Positions 26,627-31,875 of a DNA stretch of 31,875 nucleotides are shown one piece after another. The stretch comes from Vulcanimicrobiota bacterium (GTDB lineage Bacteria; Vulcanimicrobiota; Vulcanimicrobiia; Vulcanimicrobiales; Vulcanimicrobiaceae). Position 1 is the stretch's first letter, and every line of letters starts with the position of its first letter. The DNA lies in the NCBI GenBank assembly GCA_003135555.1, contig PLCF01000050.1, positions 1-31,875 on the forward strand. The letters run 5' to 3'. The translations under genes were made by a program, and so were the position numbers. The notes beneath the pieces are model-generated. The model saw only the letters and a program-made list of their open reading frames with translations. It was not told the origin of the DNA and ran no database searches.

Positions 26627-26979
26627 CGATGTGGCTGGTCCGCAACGCGGCCACCGGCCGCGTGCTGGCCTGGCGCGTGCGTCGCGCCGACGGCTGGCTC
26701 GAGCGCACCGTCGGCTTTCTCCCGCGCGCCTCGATCGCACCCGAAGAAGGGATGTGGTTCGAAGGCTGCCACGCCGTCCACACCGTCGGGATGCGCACCG
26801 CGCTCGACGTCGTGTTTCTCGACCGCGACCATCGCGTCGTGCGCGTCGACGAGAACGTCCCGCCCCACAAGCTGTACGTCGGCGCGCGCAACGCCCACAT
26901 CGTCGCCGAGTTCGGCCCCGGCTTCGCCAAAGCCAACCCCCTACAGCCCGGAGATCAGCTCACGCTCGAACCGGTGTAA
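26623..26979 (+). CDS. DUF192-family protein
   Basis: 'AD....R..GFL.R.......GMWF.....VHT.GM...LDVVFLD' pattern. Confidence 0.88.
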   Translation: MTMWLVRNAATGRVLAWRVRRADGWLERTVGFLPRASIAPEEGMWFEGCHAVHTVGMRTALDVVFLDRDHRVVRVDENVPPHKLYVGARNAHIVAEFGPGFAKANPLQPGDQLTLEPV

Positions 26980-27110
26980 TCGACGAACTAGGCGACGAAT
27001 CATTTCGCCGTCACGAGCGGGCTAGCCAGACTCGGGCGATGCAGGTCCGCCACTACCAGCATCCAACAAAGGCCCCGCGTAAAGAACTCATTCTTCGGAA
27101 GGAGGCGGGT

Positions 27111-28781
27111 GTGCCGAGCCTTTTCGTAAACCCGGGTTTTCAGCTGCAGGCCGGTGTTCCGCTTGCGACAGTCGTTTCGAAGCAAAACTATTGTACCTCG
27201 CATGCCGGCATGTTCATCGAAAACAGCGCCGATCCGCAAGATACGACCGCGGCGGATATGAACCAAGCCTTCGCCGCGATGGCTACGGCGCTCGCTCAGG
27301 GCGATGCACGATCGATCGCATTCTTTTTTCACGGCGGTCTCGTCAGCGAGAGCTCGGGTTACACCACCGCTCAGGCTCTCGTCGGCCCATACGGAGGCAC
27401 GCACACCCCCGCGGTAAGCCAGCCCGGACACGCCTATCCCTATTTCTTCCTTTACGAAACCGGCATACTCACGACGCTCCAAGATATTGCACCGCGAGTT
27501 TTTAGCTGGCCTTTCTTTCAACAGCTGGCAGCACTCATTGCGCCATCCGTCGGCCGAGCGGTCCCGGGCGTCCACGCGCAGCTGCTCAGCTACAAGGACG
27601 GCGCGCTCCAGGGTGTCGTTCCACAAGCGCAAGTCGAGGCGATAATCAGAGATCTGCAGGCTGAGGTTGCGGCGGATCCGGTACTAAACGACGAATTCGA
27701 ACGAATCGCAGCCTTCGAAAATGTCCGCGCGCACGTCGCCGCAACCGCAGCGGCGAGCGGGTCTGCAACTGCAGTCGCGCAGCTCGAGGCAAACGTCGCA
27801 GACCTCTCGCCGGCGCAATATATGGACGCCAAGGCACGCGCGCAGGTCGCTGCCGACGTCGCCCAAGGGAGCATCGGTCGCGTCAGGATGCAAAGCGCAG
27901 CTGCCAAGCCGGTCGCCCTCACCTTTCCGAACACGGCTCAAACGATGCTAGCTGTCGGCGCGATAGCGGAGCGCATCATTGAACGGTATCGCAATGGGAC
28001 GCAGCACAGTCCCGGATGTACGATCACTGAAGAGATCGTGCGGCAGTGGTTTCTCAAGGACCTCGGCTGGGCTGCCTGGGACGACATGAAGGCGGAAGTC
28101 GACCTTGCGTTCGGTGAGAACGGGGTCGCTTCCAAGGCGATCGACTTGCTGGACGAGACGTTTTGGAGCACCGGGGTCTTTCCGCGCATCGTCCTGATTG
28201 GGCATAGCGAGGGAGCCTACTTCGTATGCAAATGGCTCCAAGACTTCGAGCGACGATACGCTGCCAAGTACACGGACGTGAAATTCGATCTCATTTTCTT
28301 GGCCGCGGCGTGCCGAACCGACCTGTTCGCGAGCACGCTCGCGTCTGCAGGCGGTCGAATTCAACGTTTCCGGTCGTTTGGTATGAACGACGCAAAGGAG
28401 GGCAGCGAGCCTCTCATTCAGATAGCCGGGAGCCCGCTGAGTGCTTTGAACCCTGGTTTGGCGCTGATCTATCCTAGCTCACTGCTCTATTACATCAGCG
28501 GTGTGCTCGAACATGATTCCGCAGGAAATTCCTTCGTCGATTCTCCTTTGGTCGGCATGCAGCGGTACTTCATGGGCACGTGGCCTTATGATACGGCCGA
28601 CCGGAGTCCCGATGTCGCACAGGTCGACGCGTTCAAAACAGGTCAGAGTGTCTATTCGCCGACCGACCCGAGCGCGCCACTAGGTCGCCGGTCGCAGGCA
28701 GTCAAGCACGGCGTCTTCCCAACTGACGACGAGACGCTCCAGAGCTGTTGCTACTTGCTCGCAACGACGCAATGGGCATAG
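27111..28781 (+). CDS. alpha/beta-hydrolase-fold protein, lower GC than flanks
   Basis: GTG 27111 with AAGGAGG SD; motifs FFFHGGL, YETG, W..MK, LIGHSEG (GxSxG elbow), FLAAA, SLLYYIS..LE, PLVGM, S...HG.F. Confidence 0.75.
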   Translation: MPSLFVNPGFQLQAGVPLATVVSKQNYCTSHAGMFIENSADPQDTTAADMNQAFAAMATALAQGDARSIAFFFHGGLVSESSGYTTAQALVGPYGGTHTPAVSQPGHAYPYFFLYETGILTTLQDIAPRVFSWPFFQQLAALIAPSVGRAVPGVHAQLLSYKDGALQGVVPQAQVEAIIRDLQAEVAADPVLNDEFERIAAFENVRAHVAATAAASGSATAVAQLEANVADLSPAQYMDAKARAQVAADVAQGSIGRVRMQSAAAKPVALTFPNTAQTMLAVGAIAERIIERYRNGTQHSPGCTITEEIVRQWFLKDLGWAAWDDMKAEVDLAFGENGVASKAIDLLDETFWSTGVFPRIVLIGHSEGAYFVCKWLQDFERRYAAKYTDVKFDLIFLAAACRTDLFASTLASAGGRIQRFRSFGMNDAKEGSEPLIQIAGSPLSALNPGLALIYPSSLLYYISGVLEHDSAGNSFVDSPLVGMQRYFMGTWPYDTADRSPDVAQVDAFKTGQSVYSPTDPSAPLGRRSQAVKHGVFPTDDETLQSCCYLLATTQWA

Positions 28782-28873
28782 CGTATGGACCTTGGGTACG
28801 TACCCGAGGCAGCAACCACCAACGGACGGAGGCCGCGACGCACGTAGCGTTTTCGCGACCTGAAAAACGCCGC

Positions 28874-30325
28874 TCAGCCCGCTGCGATGAGTTGCTTTTC
28901 TTCTTCTTCGGTGGTGCGCTCGGAGGCGCGGTTGAGGGCGCTTTCGAGCTCGGTGGCGATGCCGGCGAGCGCGGGGGGCACGTCACCGTCGAGCAGCTCT
29001 TCATGGGCTAGGCGCAGTGCGGCGCGGTCGTGATCGGTGGCCGCTGCGATGTCGCCTGCGGACCACGCCGCATCCGCGTCGCGCAGGTGCGCGCGAACGC
29101 GGCGCGCGTCGATCGCGAACAGGTCGAGGTTGAGCGCGATCTCGTCGCCGAACGACACGTAGTGCGGTAAGTCGGCGTAGCCGACGACCGCGGCGAGCGA
29201 GCGGCGCATCGTGCTGCAGGCCGAACGCAGGCTCTGCGCGGCGAGTTGCCGATCGGCGTCGGGCCAGAAGATGTGCAGGAGCTGCTCGCGGCGCGCGCGG
29301 CCCTGCGGCTGCAACGCGAGAAATGCGAAGATCTGCGCGTCGCGGCGGCGGAACCACGCCACGCGTTCGCCTTCGACGCGCACCTCGGGCTTGCCGAAGA
29401 GCCGCACCGCGAAGGGGGTGAGCGTGCGGGTGGGCTGCGCCGTGCTGGCGCGCGCGACGCGCGCCACCGCGCGGTAGGGGCGGTACGCGCCGCCGGTCCA
29501 GCGCACGAACAAACCCTGCTGTTCGAGCCGGTCGAGCGTCACGTCGTCGATGAGCTCGCCGTCGAAAAGCTTGCGAGCGGCCGAGGCCAGCGGGGGCTCC
29601 ACGTCGGCCAGCGCGTCGTCGATGAAGCGCCGCATGAAGCGCGCGTTGCCGCGGCGCCAGCGGTCGAAGGCGCCGTCGAGCGAGCGGGCCGACGATGCGG
29701 TGTCGCGGATCGCCGAGCACACTGCGAACGCCCAGCCCTCGGTGTCGTGGACCAGCCGTCCGATCTCGCGTTCGTCGCTGGCGTCGACCCGCGCGGCCTC
29801 GGCCAGCCGGGTCGCCTCTTCGACGGTGAACGCGAGGCGCTCGCCGTCGAGCACGGCGCCCAGGCCCAGCGAGATGAGGCGCGTCGCGTTGACCACGTCT
29901 CGAGCCCGGGTCGCGTAGACGAACGTTACGTTCTCGGGTGCTTCGTAGACGAAGCGGCGCAGCGAGGCGCGCACCGCTTCGGGCGCCCGGTCGACCTCGT
30001 CGACGAGCACTTCGCTGCGGCCGGCGCCTTCGAGGGCGTGGAGCAGCTCGTCGTCGTCTTGGGGTACGCCGCAGCCCAGCGCCCGGGCGATCGCGGTGCG
30101 CAGCTCGGCCGGCGTCGAGCCGGCATCGAGGGCGATGTAGGCCGCGCGGTGGTGGGTCGTGGCAGCATACGAGACCAGCGCGGTGGTCTTGCCGGATCCC
30201 GACGGCGCAGCCACCAGGCGCAGCGGCACGTCGGCATGGTCGGCCATCCAGCCAGAAATGCGCTCGCGCCGGATCGTGTCAGGGGCGAGCTTAGGAAGCT
30301 TCGCCCTCGTCGATACCTCGTGCAC
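28874..30325 (-). CDS. MalT-like ATPase plus winged-helix/partial BTAD transcriptional regulator
   Basis: GTG with GGAGGGG SD; MalT-like start 'KLPKL....I.RERI', 'AAPSGSGKTT', 'RLAFT.EE', 'TEGW'; C-terminal 'VRLFG...V...G..V.W' and 'REQL...FWPD' SARP/OmpR-like motifs. Confidence 0.8.
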   Translation of the reverse strand: MHEVSTRAKLPKLAPDTIRRERISGWMADHADVPLRLVAAPSGSGKTTALVSYAATTHHRAAYIALDAGSTPAELRTAIARALGCGVPQDDDELLHALEGAGRSEVLVDEVDRAPEAVRASLRRFVYEAPENVTFVYATRARDVVNATRLISLGLGAVLDGERLAFTVEEATRLAEAARVDASDEREIGRLVHDTEGWAFAVCSAIRDTASSARSLDGAFDRWRRGNARFMRRFIDDALADVEPPLASAARKLFDGELIDDVTLDRLEQQGLFVRWTGGAYRPYRAVARVARASTAQPTRTLTPFAVRLFGKPEVRVEGERVAWFRRRDAQIFAFLALQPQGRARREQLLHIFWPDADRQLAAQSLRSACSTMRRSLAAVVGYADLPHYVSFGDEIALNLDLFAIDARRVRAHLRDADAAWSAGDIAAATDHDRAALRLAHEELLDGDVPPALAGIATELESALNRASERTTEEEEKQLIAAG

Positions 30326-30342
30326 CGCCGGTCCCCTCCATG

Positions 30343-30411
30343 CCTAGGTCTTTAGACCCAGGTTTCCCGTTGTGTGATGGACCTAACACCCTAGGACCCC
30401 CTGCAAGTGTA
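30343..30411 (-). promoter_or_regulatory. promoter region of the regulator: -10 TACACT plus two imperfect palindromes
   Basis: TACACT at 30411-30406; GGACCTAA-CACC-CTAGGACC (30379-30398); CCTAGGTCT-TT-AGACCCAGG (30343-30362). Confidence 0.45.
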
Positions 30412-30420
30412 CGGATTAAT

Positions 30421-31761
30421 TTACCGTACGAGGAGCAGCGGCCGCACCAGGGTCTCCAGCCCGTAGCCACGCTGCATCGTCACCCGAACGGTATAATTGC
30501 CGGGCGAGTCAGGCGCCGTGAGCGCCGCGCTGCGGTCCCCGCGCCGCAGATCGGCGCCGCTGAGCTCGATCCCGTCGCGGTCGCGGATCACCTGGACCCG
30601 CGCTCCGTCGGCGGAGGGAACGTCGACCGTGAACGGCTGGCCGGGCTTCACCGGGTAGGGGCGGATGCCGAACGTGTCGCCGCCGCCGGCATCGACGATG
30701 GTCGTGTGCGAGGCCAAGTCGGGGCCGGCGGCCCGTGCCGTCCGGCTGGGTTGAACCGACGCTTGCGCCTGCGGCGTCGGGCTCGCGCTTTGAACGGCCG
30801 CGGTCGGCAGCGGGACGCGGGTCTCCTCGCCGGCGCTCGCGCCCTCGGCGCGCACGACGAGCTCGTACGGTTCGCGCGGCCCGGCCGGGGGCGCCGGAAC
30901 CTCGACGACCCCACTGCCGGACTGGGTCGTCGTCGAGAACCAAGTCGCGCCGGTGCGGTCGAGGATCGCCATGTGCACGACGCGTGCCAGCGCGACGTAG
31001 TGTACGCTCAGCGGCCCGTTGCCGCGCGGCGCGTCGATCGCCAACCGGTCGATGCGCGGCGGCGGCGTGGCGACGATGCGAATCGCCGGCGGCGGCGTGG
31101 AGCGCGCATACGCCGCGTCGCGGGCGTCGCTTCCGAACGTATTCGCGACGCCGACGCGCAGGCTCGCCGCATCGCCGCGCGTGACCGGCATGCTGCCGGC
31201 GGGAGCAGTGAGGGGGCCCTGCGCGATCATGTCGCCGCGCGCGTCGCGCAGCTCGTAGGTGCGCGAGCCGCTACCCGTCGTCGACCAGCGCGCCAGGAGC
31301 TGTCCGTCGGGCGAAGCCAGCAGCGCCGCGTCCACGACCCGCGGCCGTTCCAGGCCGAAGAGCACCAAGGTCGCGCCGGCCAGCAACGCCGCGCCGCCCA
31401 ACGCGAACGCCGGAACGACCCAGCGGCGGCGCCGGCGTCCGCCGCGCGGGGGCGCCGCCTCGACGACCAGATGCACGCCGTCGCCATGAACCTCGGCGCT
31501 GACACGATCGTACGCCAGGCCGGCGTCGAGCGAAAAACCGGTGCGGATCGCGGCGTGCGGCGCGATCTCGACCGCGAGTGCCGCCACCGGCCGCTCTTCG
31601 TCCACGCAGTGCGCGCTCGCGGTCGCCGCCAACACGCCGCCGGTGCCGTTGGTCACCCGCAGCTGGTACCGGATGCCCTCGGCGTCGACACCGATCGCCT
31701 CGAGCTCGCATGCAACCGCGCCCGACGGGGTTGCGAGGAGACCGCGCCCACCGCGCGACAA
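30421..31761 (-). CDS. hypothetical single-pass membrane protein with beta-rich extracytoplasmic region
   Basis: Long ORF with an Arg stretch followed by a TM helix (VVPAFALGGAALLAGATLVLFGL) and Pro-rich linkers. Start is uncertain; TTG 31761 was chosen to avoid overlap with the MFS gene. Confidence 0.65.
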   Translation of the reverse strand: MSRGGRGLLATPSGAVACELEAIGVDAEGIRYQLRVTNGTGGVLAATASAHCVDEERPVAALAVEIAPHAAIRTGFSLDAGLAYDRVSAEVHGDGVHLVVEAAPPRGGRRRRRWVVPAFALGGAALLAGATLVLFGLERPRVVDAALLASPDGQLLARWSTTGSGSRTYELRDARGDMIAQGPLTAPAGSMPVTRGDAASLRVGVANTFGSDARDAAYARSTPPPAIRIVATPPPRIDRLAIDAPRGNGPLSVHYVALARVVHMAILDRTGATWFSTTTQSGSGVVEVPAPPAGPREPYELVVRAEGASAGEETRVPLPTAAVQSASPTPQAQASVQPSRTARAAGPDLASHTTIVDAGGGDTFGIRPYPVKPGQPFTVDVPSADGARVQVIRDRDGIELSGADLRRGDRSAALTAPDSPGNYTVRVTMQRGYGLETLVRPLLLVR

Positions 31762-31771
31762 CGCCCCGGGG

Positions 31772-31875
31772 ATGCCGAGAGCGTTGCTGCCCCTCCTCGC
31801 GATCACGTTCGTCGACGTGCTCGGCTTCACGATGCTGATCCCGATCCTGCCCTTCTACGCCGAGCACTTCGGCGC
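31772..31875 (+). CDS. MFS transporter, TetA/DHA1-like (5' end only, runs off the window)
   Basis: MPRALLPLLAITFVDVLGFTMLIPILPFYAEHFGA: typical first TM of TetA-like MFS proteins. Confidence 0.85.
   Translation, partial: MPRALLPLLAITFVDVLGFTMLIPILPFYAEHFG

Noticed and set aside
26040..27110. N-terminal ~357 aa of the 913-aa ORF
   Set aside because: Arg/Ser-rich off-frame read of the peptidase and DUF192 genes; a strong SD marks the real start at GTG 27111.
28790..28870. Hairpins CCTTGGGTAC/GTACCCGAGG and GCGTTTTC/GAAAAACGC between convergent genes
   Set aside because: May aid termination but lack U-tracts; no support for mobile-element ends.
1..31875. CRISPR arrays, tRNA/rRNA genes, transposases, integrases, known riboswitch aptamers
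   Set aside because: None recognised by eye; an Infernal/Rfam scan would be needed to exclude divergent RNAs.

Overview
High-GC chromosomal window from a diderm bacterium (it encodes a secretin). The gene style suggests a Vulcanimicrobiota/Eremiobacterota-like organism, which is inference only. From left to right: a MaoC dehydratase; an Irc3/ResIII-like DEAH helicase; an operon of an orphan peptide-binding ABC SBP, DUF885 and a Zn-dehydrogenase; YkvA/DUF1232; a helical-repeat LuxR regulator facing a 43-aa secreted peptide gene; a candidate ~90-nt sRNA; an MHYT-PAS-GGDEF-EAL protein; a 66-aa protein behind a leader-peptide attenuator; 3-hydroxybutyrate dehydrogenase; an ABC-2 exporter pair; a Tad/Flp pilus locus in two divergent operons (two Flp pilins, two prepilin peptidases, a CpaE-CpaF fusion); a lower-GC alpha/beta-hydrolase-like gene; a compact MalT/BTAD-like regulator; a membrane-anchored hypothetical protein; and the start of an MFS transporter. 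The best candidates for undescribed biology are a putative peptide-signal/receptor module (7528-9480), a ribosome-dependent attenuator with no obvious amino-acid sensing codons (12225-12662) and the sRNA (9505-9594). All annotations come from reading motifs by eye; no database searches were run.
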